Shown here: one piece after another, positions 23,806-32,215 of the stretch
How the letters are laid out: each line of letters starts with the position of its first letter
Position numbering within the stretch: position 1 is the stretch's first letter
Assembly: GCA_030765235.1 (NCBI GenBank)
Contig: JAVCCW010000018.1
Location: 91,465-153,175, forward strand
DNA: 61,711 bases
Direction: 5' to 3'
Source of the DNA: Candidatus Gorgyraea atricola
Lineage (GTDB): Bacteria > Omnitrophota > Gorgyraeia > Gorgyraeales > Gorgyraeaceae
Notes under the pieces: model-generated
Told to the model about the DNA's origin: nothing
Database searches by the model: none
What the model saw: only the letters and a program-made list of their open reading frames with translations
Program-made: the position numbers and the translations under genes

Positions 23806-24788
23806 ACACGCCCTCCTAACCTGTATGCCAGGCCTGCTACCATTGCAGCATTATCTGAGCATAATTGTAGCGGCGGAAAAAAGACCTTAAGGCTTCTAAA
23901 CATCGCCTCTCTCGCAATCATCTCCCTAAATCGAGAATTAGCGCTTACTCCTCCGCCGATGACAAGTGTTTTTAAGTTATGTTTCTCGAGCGCCTTGATA
24001 GTATTATTAACAATAACCTTAAGCGCTGCTTCCTGAAAACTAGCAGCTATATCCTCTTCTTGTCCCTTGTCTCTTGCCTGCCCCGTACGAAATCTTTGAT
24101 TTTCGTATGGGGTCCCTTGTCCCTTAACATAATACAAAACTGCAGTCTTAATTCCACTAAAGCTAAAATCAAGGCCGCCTTTAATTGGCCTACATGTAAA
24201 CTTTATGGCTTTTGCATCGCCTTTTTTCGCGAGCCTGTCTATTATAGGTCCACCTGGATATCCTAATCCTAGAATCTTCGCCACCTTATCATATGCCTCG
24301 CCAATTGCATCATCTAAAGTGTCACCGAGCGTTGTAAAACTGTCAAAGCCCTCCACAAGACAAAGCCTCGTGTGCCCGCCAGATATGATAAGCCCGATAA
24401 AAGGAAACCTCGGCGCATCCTTGCACATCAATGCAGAATAGATGTGAGCCTTAAGATGATCCACAGCAATAAACTCTACACCTAATGCATAAGACAATGC
24501 CTTTGCGCATGAAATTCCACATAGAAGCGCTCCCACGAGCCCAGGCCCTTGTGTCACAGCCACAGCATCCACATCATTTATCTTCAGGCCAGCATTATTC
24601 AAAGAGCGATTTACTACCTTGTCTATATTCTCTACGTGATGCCTTGTTGCGATCTCAGGCACTACACCGCCGAACCTCTTATGCTGTTTCAAGCTCGACG
24701 AAACTACATTGGATAAAATCTTTATGCCATTTTCTACTACACTCGCGGCTGTCTCGTCACAGGAAGTCTCGATGCCTAAAATCAACAT
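23802..24788 (-). CDS. tsaD: tRNA N6-adenosine threonylcarbamoyltransferase
   Basis: MLILGIETSCDETAASVV, GGVVPEIATRHH and GPGLVGALL give the Kae1/TsaD pattern. It contains the in-frame 67-nt repeat element. Confidence 0.92.
   Translation of the reverse strand: MLILGIETSCDETAASVVENGIKILSNVVSSSLKQHKRFGGVVPEIATRHHVENIDKVVNRSLNNAGLKINDVDAVAVTQGPGLVGALLCGISCAKALSYALGVEFIAVDHLKAHIYSALMCKDAPRFPFIGLIISGGHTRLCLVEGFDSFTTLGDTLDDAIGEAYDKVAKILGLGYPGGPIIDRLAKKGDAKAIKFTCRPIKGGLDFSFSGIKTAVLYYVKGQGTPYENQRFRTGQARDKGQEEDIAASFQEAALKVIVNNTIKALEKHNLKTLVIGGGVSANSRFREMIAREAMFRSLKVFFPPLQLCSDNAAMVAGLAYRLGGRV
24059..24125 (-). repeat. 67-nt GGGACAAG/hairpin element, copy B (in frame in tsaD)
   Basis: It is 66/67 identical to 9645-9711, in the same orientation and reading frame. 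It encodes KGQGTPYENQRFRTGQARDKGQ. Confidence 0.9.
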
Positions 24789-24789
24789 A

Positions 24790-26046
24790 CTATTTCTCGC
24801 TGTATATGATGATGCCCTTCAGCACATCTACAGCGCTCATGATCTGATTATCGTATTCTATCTTTTCCTTTTTTTCTTCATCCTCTTTCTTCTCTTGCAG
24901 TTCATCAAATACAGCAAGGGTATCTTCTTCTTTTTCCTCGACCTTTGGCTTTTTCTTGTATTCCACTTCTATGTCCGGCATTATACCCTCGCCATGGATC
25001 GAACGGCCATTAGGCGTAAAATACTTGCTGGTCGTGAGTCGCACTGCTGAACCATCTGAGAGAGGCACTACTGTCTGGACAGATCCCTTGCCAAAGCTCT
25101 TTGTGCCCATGATAAGACCCCTCTTATAATCCTGAATAGCTCCTGCTACTATCTCAGAAGCGGACGCGCTTCCGCTATTTACCAGAATAACCATTGGATA
25201 ATCAAGGTGCTTTTTCCTGCCTTTTGATTTGAATATAAAATTCTGACTTTCAACACGACCTTTTGTTGAAACAACGACCTTGCCTTCTTCCAGAAACTTT
25301 TCTGAGACACTTACTGCGGAATCAAGGAGGCCTCCGGGATTATTCCTGAGATCAAGGATAAAACCCTTCATGCCCTCTTTTTCAAGATCCCTCAAGCCTA
25401 TCTCCAGATCCTTGTGGGTATTTTCCTGAAATTCTATAAGTCTTATATATCCAATGCCGTCCTCTATGATCTCCACCTTCTTGATACTTTCTATTTTTAT
25501 GATAGAGCGGGTTATTGTAAAATCCAGGAGCTTTCTTTCCTCTTCCCGCAGAACAGTCACGCGCACATCTGTGCCTGGTTTTCCACGCAGCTTTTTGACT
25601 GCCTCTATAAGCGTTAGGTCTCTTGTAATCTCGTCTTCTATCTTTACGATCTTATCGCCAGCCTGAAGGCCTACTTCATGAGCAGGTGTGCCATCTATTG
25701 GCGATATTATTGTAAGGAGATTGTCTTTTATGGTGATCACTATACCTATGCCTCCGAACTCGCCCTCAGTCTCTATCTTCATCTCCTGATACATGTCAGG
25801 ATCCATGAACTGACTGTATGGATCAAGTGACGCGAGCATACCCTTCATCGCGCCGTATATAAGATCTTTTGACTTTGCCTCTTCAACATAATCCGAGCGT
25901 ATGAGGCTCATTGCATCTGAGAAAAGCTCTAGTTCCTTGTAGAGATTATCTGAAGTTTCTTCTTTTTCAGCAAAACTAATACTATAAAACAAAGCCACTG
26001 CCAAAAAACCTATCACCATCATCCCTACAGCTATCCTTCTCCTCAT
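24790..26046 (-). CDS. ctpA: carboxyl-terminal processing protease (peptidase S41) with PDZ domain
   Basis: It has a PDZ segment (GLQAGDKIVKIED) and the S41 catalytic region (VNSGSASASEI...GTKSFGKGSVQ), plus an N-terminal anchor. Confidence 0.82.
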   Translation of the reverse strand: MRRRIAVGMMVIGFLAVALFYSISFAEKEETSDNLYKELELFSDAMSLIRSDYVEEAKSKDLIYGAMKGMLASLDPYSQFMDPDMYQEMKIETEGEFGGIGIVITIKDNLLTIISPIDGTPAHEVGLQAGDKIVKIEDEITRDLTLIEAVKKLRGKPGTDVRVTVLREEERKLLDFTITRSIIKIESIKKVEIIEDGIGYIRLIEFQENTHKDLEIGLRDLEKEGMKGFILDLRNNPGGLLDSAVSVSEKFLEEGKVVVSTKGRVESQNFIFKSKGRKKHLDYPMVILVNSGSASASEIVAGAIQDYKRGLIMGTKSFGKGSVQTVVPLSDGSAVRLTTSKYFTPNGRSIHGEGIMPDIEVEYKKKPKVEEKEEDTLAVFDELQEKKEDEEKKEKIEYDNQIMSAVDVLKGIIIYSEK

Positions 26047-26061
26047 ATCTCTCCTTTCGCT

Positions 26062-26100
26062 AAAGTAGACAAAACAGTCAGTGACTGATTTGTCTACTTT
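26062..26100. repeat. 39-nt near-perfect palindrome between gatB and ctp
   Basis: aaagtagacaaa-a-cagtca-g-tgactg-a-tttgtctacttt has 12+6 bp arms. It overlaps the gatB stop, and the ctp RBS follows. Confidence 0.75.
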
Positions 26101-27523
26101 AGGTAATTAACTTGTTTCTTAGAATCTCGTTTACCTTCTTTGGATCCGCCTTGCCCTTTGTCTTTGCCATGACCTTGCCAACCAAGGCCATAATAGCATT
26201 CTCTTTGCCGCTTTTAAAGTCATTGACTATCTTTGCGTTTTCAGCGATGACCTCATCTATTGCCTTTTCTATCGCGCCCTGGTCAGAGATCTGCTCCAGG
26301 CCTTTTTCTTTTACTAGCGCGGCAGGGTCTTTAGCGCTTTCGATCATATCTATTAATAGCGTCTTTGCGACTTTTCCTGTAATCGCGCCGCTATCTATCA
26401 TCTTAAGCATACCCGTAAGATGCTCGACTTTCAAGCTTAACTTGCCAATTGTCAGATTCCTTTCCTTCATGTACGCAGAGACATCTCCCATGAGCCAGTT
26501 AGCCACTATCTTTGGCTTCTTGTATATCTTGACGCATTCCTCAAAATAATCTGCGATTGCTTTTTCGCTGACCATGACAGATGCATCGTACTCAGAGAGC
26601 TTATAATCTGAGACAAGCCTTTTCTTTCTCGGTTCTGGAAGCTCTGGTATATCCTTTCTTATGCCCGCAAGTAGTTTTTCTTCAAAATCAAACGGCACAA
26701 GGTCTGGCTCTGGAAAATATCTATAATCATGCGCCTCTTCTTTTGAGCGCATGGATTCCGTAACATCTCTTGCTGAATCATAGAGCCTTGTTTCTTGCAC
26801 GATTCTTTGGCCGCTTTCCAAAAGCTCTTTTTGTCTGTCGCGCTCGTATTCCAGCGCAGCCTTGACCCCCTTGAACGAATTCATGTTCTTTATCTCTGTC
26901 TTTACGCCAAGCTCTTTGGCGCCTGGCTTTCTCAAAGAGATATTGGCATCGCAGCGTAAACTCCCTTCTTCCATATTGCAATCAGACACGTCTACATACT
27001 CAAGGATTGATTTAAGGACTGTGAGATAGGTGTAGGCCTCTTCCGGAGAATTTATGTCGGGTTCGCTTACGATCTCTAAAAGCGGTGTGCCAGAGCGATT
27101 AAAATCTACGAGACTGTAGTCTTTCTGATGAAAAAGCTTGCCTGTATCCTCTTCCAGATGCACCCTTGTTATGCCAATGCGTTTTTCTTTGCCATCCGCC
27201 ATGATCGGAAGATAGCCATGCGCTGACAGGGGCTGGCTGAATTGGGAGATCTGGTATGCCTTTGGCAGGTCTGGGTAAAAATAATTTTTCCTATCAAATC
27301 GTATCTCTTTGGCGATCTGGCAATTAAGCGCTATGGCTACCTTTGCACCAAGCTTTAGCGCGTCTCTATTCAAAACAGGCAGAGAACCTGGAAACCCCAG
27401 ACACACGGGACAGGTCTGAGTATTGGGCGCAGCGCCAAACTCTGTCGAGCACCCACAAAAGACCTTGCTCTTTGTCTTTAGCTGTAAGTGGACTTCTAAG
27501 CCGATTACTGTTTCGTACATCAT
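26099..27523 (-). CDS. gatB: Asp/Glu-tRNA amidotransferase subunit B
   Basis: YETVIGLEVHLQLKTKSKVFCGC gives a full-length GatB pattern. It lies in gatCAB order. Confidence 0.93.
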   Translation of the reverse strand: MMYETVIGLEVHLQLKTKSKVFCGCSTEFGAAPNTQTCPVCLGFPGSLPVLNRDALKLGAKVAIALNCQIAKEIRFDRKNYFYPDLPKAYQISQFSQPLSAHGYLPIMADGKEKRIGITRVHLEEDTGKLFHQKDYSLVDFNRSGTPLLEIVSEPDINSPEEAYTYLTVLKSILEYVDVSDCNMEEGSLRCDANISLRKPGAKELGVKTEIKNMNSFKGVKAALEYERDRQKELLESGQRIVQETRLYDSARDVTESMRSKEEAHDYRYFPEPDLVPFDFEEKLLAGIRKDIPELPEPRKKRLVSDYKLSEYDASVMVSEKAIADYFEECVKIYKKPKIVANWLMGDVSAYMKERNLTIGKLSLKVEHLTGMLKMIDSGAITGKVAKTLLIDMIESAKDPAALVKEKGLEQISDQGAIEKAIDEVIAENAKIVNDFKSGKENAIMALVGKVMAKTKGKADPKKVNEILRNKLIT

Positions 27524-27529
27524 ATCCTT

Positions 27530-28987
27530 TTATCCAAAAAAGCCGAGGCTGGACCTCGGCTTTTTATTTTTGCCGAGGTCCAGCCTCGGCTTTTTTGTAA
27601 CTTGCTCGTAATTATGCGCTATTCTTAAAATCATCTCTTCGTCAAATGCCTTGCCGAGTATTTGGAGTCCTATGGGCAACTTATTCTTTGTGAATCCGCA
27701 TGGAATCGATATGCCAGGGATGCCAGCTAAATTCGCGGAGATCGTAAATATATCTGAGAGATACATCGTTAGCGGATCTGCTGTTTTTTCGCCTATCTTA
27801 AACGCGGGTGTTGGTGTAGTCGGAGTGACTATGGCATCGTATTTCTTGAACGCGTCCTCAAAATCTTTCTTTATCAATGTCCTGACCTTTAGCGCCCGTA
27901 AATAATATGCATCGTAATAACCGCTGGATAGCGCAAATGTACCTAAGATAATTCTGCGCTTTGCCTCATCGCCAAAACCTTGCGCCCGAGTCTTCTTGTG
28001 CATGTCAATGACTGACTTTGCCTGACTTGCTCTCAGGCCGTACTGCACGCCGTCGAATCGCGCTAGGTTTGAACTTGCCTCAGCTGTTGCCACCACATAA
28101 TACACAGCCACTGCGTATTCTGTGTGCGGCAGGCTTATGTCCTCGCAGATCGCGCCCAGCGACTCAAGTTTCTTTATTGCATCCTGCATGGACTTCTTCA
28201 CCTCAGGGTCTATGCCCTTAATAAAATATTCTTTTGGAATGCCAAGCTTCAGGCCTTTAATATCTTTTTTTATCAATGATGGATAGTCAGGCACGCTCGT
28301 ATCTACAGATGTTGAATCCATAGGGTCATGACCTGATATGATCTTTAAAAGAAGCGCTGCGTCCTCTACATCCTTTGTCAATGGCCCTATCTGATCAAGC
28401 GAAGAACCAAATGCTATAAGCCCGTATCGCGAAACTCGTCCGTATGTTGGTTTTAGACCTACCACTCCGCAAAGCGCAGCAGGCTGTCTGATCGATCCGC
28501 CTGTATCTGAGCCCAGCGCCCATATCGCGCTATCTGCTGCAACAGCTGCCGCAGAACCACCGCTAGAGCCGCCAGGAATGCGCTCCATATCCCACGGATT
28601 CCTTGTAGTGCCATAGCAGGACGTCTCTGTAGAAGAGCCAAATGCAAACTCGTCCATATTGGTCTTGCCCATGAGCACAGCATCTGACTGAAGCAATTTC
28701 TCGATTACTGTAGCATCATAGGGGGGTTTAAATCCTTTTAATATATTCGAAGAGCACGTAGTGAGCTCATCCTTTACACAGATATTGTCTTTGATGAAAA
28801 TCGGCAAACCCTTATGCGTCTTTGCCCTTTCAAGCACCTTCTCTTTATCAAAATTAACTACTGCATTAAGCTTTTTATTCTTTTGTACGACATCTATAAG
28901 ACTATTACATATATCTATATGCGATATGTCGCCTTTATTTAATAATTTAATTAACTCATGCGCAGTAAGTTTATTTAGCTCCATCAT
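27530..28987 (-). CDS. gatA: Asp/Glu-tRNA amidotransferase subunit A
   Basis: It has the amidase signature [12 protein letters not shown]. The last ~22 codons ([21 protein letters not shown]) are encoded by a double GCCGAGG hairpin repeat. Confidence 0.93.
   Translation of the reverse strand: MMELNKLTAHELIKLLNKGDISHIDICNSLIDVVQKNKKLNAVVNFDKEKVLERAKTHKGLPIFIKDNICVKDELTTCSSNILKGFKPPYDATVIEKLLQSDAVLMGKTNMDEFAFGSSTETSCYGTTRNPWDMERIPGGSSGGSAAAVAADSAIWALGSDTGGSIRQPAALCGVVGLKPTYGRVSRYGLIAFGSSLDQIGPLTKDVEDAALLLKIISGHDPMDSTSVDTSVPDYPSLIKKDIKGLKLGIPKEYFIKGIDPEVKKSMQDAIKKLESLGAICEDISLPHTEYAVAVYYVVATAEASSNLARFDGVQYGLRASQAKSVIDMHKKTRAQGFGDEAKRRIILGTFALSSGYYDAYYLRALKVRTLIKKDFEDAFKKYDAIVTPTTPTPAFKIGEKTADPLTMYLSDIFTISANLAGIPGISIPCGFTKNKLPIGLQILGKAFDEEMILRIAHNYEQVTKKPRLDLGKNKKPRSSLGFFG
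27536..27596. repeat. two tandem GCCGAGG-family hairpins in opposite orientation, forming the 3' end of gatA
   Basis: The sequence is A6-gccgagg-ctgga-cctcggc-T5 a T5-gccgagg-tccag-cctcggc-T6. The loops are reverse complements of each other. Confidence 0.88.
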
Positions 28988-29274
28988 GCCTCTATTATCT
29001 TCTTGACCTTGAAAAGATTATTCTCTTTAGCTGGCGCATTCTTCATGACTTCGTCTACAGGCAGCGACGGTTTTACCTTATCCTCCCTATACACATTCTT
29101 CATCTCCAGCACATGGCTCGTAGGCTCAAGCTTAGCAACATCCAACGCCTTCAGCTTATGAACATACTCCAATATGTTGTCAAGCTGGCCTGTAAAATGC
29201 TCCAGCTCCTTCTCAGACAAACTAATACGGCTAAGCTCCGCCACATATTTGACAGATTCTCTATTTATGGTCAT
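28984..29274 (-). CDS. gatC: Asp/Glu-tRNA amidotransferase subunit C
   Basis: The 96-aa ORF has the GatC pattern ([16 protein letters not shown]...LDNILEYV). It is coupled to gatA. Confidence 0.9.
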   Translation of the reverse strand: MTINRESVKYVAELSRISLSEKELEHFTGQLDNILEYVHKLKALDVAKLEPTSHVLEMKNVYREDKVKPSLPVDEVMKNAPAKENNLFKVKKIIEA

Positions 29275-29282
29275 ATTCTAAA

Positions 29283-29627
29283 TTATGAGTTCTTTTCTGC
29301 TATGTCGCCGGCTATGGGGAGCTTGAACATCTCACCCTGATAAGCCTTTATCATTAAAAGGATCCATAGAACAAGGGCCAATAAAGATAAAAGCAGGCCG
29401 ATTAATGCGCCTATTACAGGCACAACAAGAAGCACGATGTTTATTACAGCCAGTCCTCCAAATACCACTATGGACTGCATCGCGTGAAACCTTACAAACT
29501 TGTTCTTTTTCTCTACAAGGAAAAAAATAAGTCCTGTTATCCATCCCAACAGATAGCATAGAAGCGCTGCCAAATTCGGCTGCATTCCCATGGATGTCTC
29601 GCCTAAATTCTTCTTCTCTTCAACCAT
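29283..29627 (-). CDS. small membrane protein, DUF4870-like
   Basis: LAALLCYLLGWITGLIFFLVEKKNKFVRFHAMQS plus further transmembrane helices resembles the DUF4870 family. Confidence 0.65.
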   Translation of the reverse strand: MVEEKKNLGETSMGMQPNLAALLCYLLGWITGLIFFLVEKKNKFVRFHAMQSIVVFGGLAVINIVLLVVPVIGALIGLLLSLLALVLWILLMIKAYQGEMFKLPIAGDIAEKNS

Positions 29628-29640
29628 ACCTAACCCCCTT

Positions 29641-30459
29641 CTATTTGGTGACTGCCACCAATTTCACAAATTCATCCAATGATATCGTTTCTGGCCTTCT
29701 GTTTGGGGATATGCCGGCCTCGGATAATTTCTCCGAGAGTTCCTGTTTAGAGCCAAATTCCCCGCTTGCAGCCAGCGAATTCAATACAGTCTTTCTTCTT
29801 TTTTCAAACGAGCTCCTTATTATTTTAAACAGTTTTTCCTCGTCAGTCAAGCAAAGACCTTGATTTCTTATAACTACTTTTAAAAAACAGGAATCCACTT
29901 TGGGCATGGGATAAAACGCAGTTTTTTTAATTTTAAATAAAATTTCAGGTTCTGCGTAGAATTGCGTAAAGCACGATATCGAACCATAGTCCCTGGTACC
30001 TGGTTTAGCCACCAGTCTTTCCGCAAACTCGCGCTGGACCGTGATAAATATCGAACTCATAAAGCTTCTATTCTTTAAAAGATATATCAGGATGGGGCTT
30101 GATATATAATATGGTAGATTTCCCAGGACCCTGATCTTTGAATATTTACTAAAATCATGCTGGAGCGCATCGCCTTGTATTAATTCTAGATTTTCAAAGG
30201 AACTGTTCCGCGAAAGAAACTCGTGCAGCCTCTTGTCTTTTTCTACAGCTATGACCTTACTTGCCGCTTCGCAAAGCCCTGAGGTAAGCGCGCCCAAGCC
30301 AGGGCCTATTTCAAGCACTGTATCTTTCTTTTCTATATGCGCTGAGGCAATGATCTTTCTCTGTATATTCTTATCTATGAGAAAATTCTGGCCAAACCGC
30401 TTGCTGGGCCTGATATTATACTCGTGGAGAGCGCATTTTACTTCGCGTAAGCTTAACAT
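29641..30459 (-). CDS. rsmA: 16S rRNA (adenine1518/1519-N6)-dimethyltransferase
   Basis: It has the RFGQNFL, EIGPGLGALT and NLPYYISS motifs. Confidence 0.92.
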   Translation of the reverse strand: MLSLREVKCALHEYNIRPSKRFGQNFLIDKNIQRKIIASAHIEKKDTVLEIGPGLGALTSGLCEAASKVIAVEKDKRLHEFLSRNSSFENLELIQGDALQHDFSKYSKIRVLGNLPYYISSPILIYLLKNRSFMSSIFITVQREFAERLVAKPGTRDYGSISCFTQFYAEPEILFKIKKTAFYPMPKVDSCFLKVVIRNQGLCLTDEEKLFKIIRSSFEKRRKTVLNSLAASGEFGSKQELSEKLSEAGISPNRRPETISLDEFVKLVAVTK

Positions 30460-31267
30460 TTAGTTTTATCGCCTCTTTCATGGAGGTTGGGTTTGCAATG
30501 CCCTTACCTGCTATACCATATGCAGTGCCATGGTCAGGTGAAGTGCGCACAAAAGGAAGTCCCAGGGTCACGTTCACGCCATTATGAAACGCGACCATCT
30601 TAAATGGGGCTAATCCCTGATCATGATACATGGCTATGATCGCGTCCAGGCCTTTATTATACGCCATATGAAATGCTGTATCAGCTGGCAAAGGACCGCT
30701 GATATTCGGGATCTTGGATTTTAGCTTTTTAATAGCAGGCGCTATTACCCTTTTCTCTTCTACCCCTATCATCCCCTCTTCTCCCGCATGCGGATTTAAA
30801 CCACAAACCCCTATCTTTGGATTTTTTATTCTAAAATACGCTTTAAGGGTCTTTTCGGTCAGAATTATCGCGTCTATTATTTTTTCTTTGGTAAGGATCC
30901 TAGGGATATTCTTTATGGGCTCGTGACGCGTGACGAGCGTGACTTTTAAAGATCCGCCGCAAAACATCATTGCAAATTTTTTAGTACGCGTGCTTTTGGC
31001 AAGATATTCTGTATGGCCTTTAAAAGCAATTCCTGATCTATTTATCGCGGATTTATTTACAGGCGCTGTTACTAGACCCTCTGCGCCGCCTCGCTTAAGG
31101 ATCGCGACTGCCTTTTTTATGGCGTCAAAACCTGTCTTATCGCGTGGCTCTATAACAAAAAAATCCGCCATACCTTTAATATGCGGATCCCTTAATGCCT
31201 TTCTCGTAACCTCAGGACCTATGCCCCTGGGATCACCTGTTGTAAGTAGAATCCTCGGCTTTTTCAC
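30416..31267 (-). CDS. pdxA: 4-hydroxythreonine-4-phosphate dehydrogenase
   Basis: It shows the TTGDPRGIGPE, LNPHAGE and SPDHGTAYGIAGKG PdxA patterns. It is short (283 aa) and overlaps rsmA by 44 nt. Confidence 0.85.
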   Translation of the reverse strand: MKKPRILLTTGDPRGIGPEVTRKALRDPHIKGMADFFVIEPRDKTGFDAIKKAVAILKRGGAEGLVTAPVNKSAINRSGIAFKGHTEYLAKSTRTKKFAMMFCGGSLKVTLVTRHEPIKNIPRILTKEKIIDAIILTEKTLKAYFRIKNPKIGVCGLNPHAGEEGMIGVEEKRVIAPAIKKLKSKIPNISGPLPADTAFHMAYNKGLDAIIAMYHDQGLAPFKMVAFHNGVNVTLGLPFVRTSPDHGTAYGIAGKGIANPTSMKEAIKLNVKLTRSKMRSPRV

Positions 31268-32214
31268 TTTATAGAGATATACGCGGACGTCCTTAGCTCA
31301 GTCAGCCAGTCGCTTAATTTCTCCTGGAGTTTTTTCGTGAAGAGCATATCTTTGATGTCTTTCTTTGTATCGTCGAGGCTCAAATAACCGGAATATTTTA
31401 TATCTTCGACTTTTACAATATGATAACCTATTTGCGTCTTTATGGGGCTGGAGAATTCGCCAGACTTTAATGAAAAAATTGCCGCATCCAGATCCTGCAG
31501 CATCTCGTTGCGAGCGATGTATCCCATATCCCCGCCGCGCTCCTTATTGGGTCCTTGTGAATGCTGTCGTGCCAAAGCCCCGAAGTCCTGACCTGCCTCA
31601 AGCCTATCATAGATATCTGTTATCTCTACCTTTGCCAGCTCAAACTCTACATCATCACTTGCCTTTATAAGAATATGCCTGACCTTGTACTTCTCGTCCT
31701 GTTTAAAATCCTCCCTATGTTTTTCATAATACTCGGATATCTCTGATGGAACCACGCTGACCCTTGAACGTACCTCCAGGTTAACAACCTTTCTCATCAA
31801 TATTTGATCTCTATATCTCCCTTTTAAATTCGCGACAGTAATGCCCTGGGTATTAAGCGTATTGAAAAATTCTTCTTCGGAAGGGAAAGCGCTCTTAATG
31901 GACTCGAGCTTATCAAGAATATCTCCTTCTGTAACATTTATCCTTAGTTCCCTTGCGCGGCTTAAAATGAGTTTGTCCTCTATTATCCGCCTAAGAATAT
32001 CCTTTTTTAACTCCTCCATCTTTTGCAGCAATTCGTCACCCGTATATGCCTGCACATGCTGAGCGTACATGACTGCCAAAAGCTGGTCTACATCCTGTCG
32101 AGTCACCACTTCGTCATTCACAACAGCAACGACCTTGTTTACTACCTGAGCCTGGGCGCTAAAAGAGTACATAATAACTAACAATAAAATAATAAAGCCT
32201 TTCAAATTTTGCAT
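31264..32214 (-). CDS. SurA-like periplasmic chaperone / parvulin-type peptidyl-prolyl isomerase
   Basis: It has a signal peptide, a SurA-N-like region and a parvulin domain (GGDMGYIARNEM...IGYHIVKVED). It lies in surA-pdxA-rsmA synteny. Confidence 0.75.
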   Translation of the reverse strand: MQNLKGFIILLLVIMYSFSAQAQVVNKVVAVVNDEVVTRQDVDQLLAVMYAQHVQAYTGDELLQKMEELKKDILRRIIEDKLILSRARELRINVTEGDILDKLESIKSAFPSEEEFFNTLNTQGITVANLKGRYRDQILMRKVVNLEVRSRVSVVPSEISEYYEKHREDFKQDEKYKVRHILIKASDDVEFELAKVEITDIYDRLEAGQDFGALARQHSQGPNKERGGDMGYIARNEMLQDLDAAIFSLKSGEFSSPIKTQIGYHIVKVEDIKYSGYLSLDDTKKDIKDMLFTKKLQEKLSDWLTELRTSAYISIK

Positions 32215-32215
32215 A

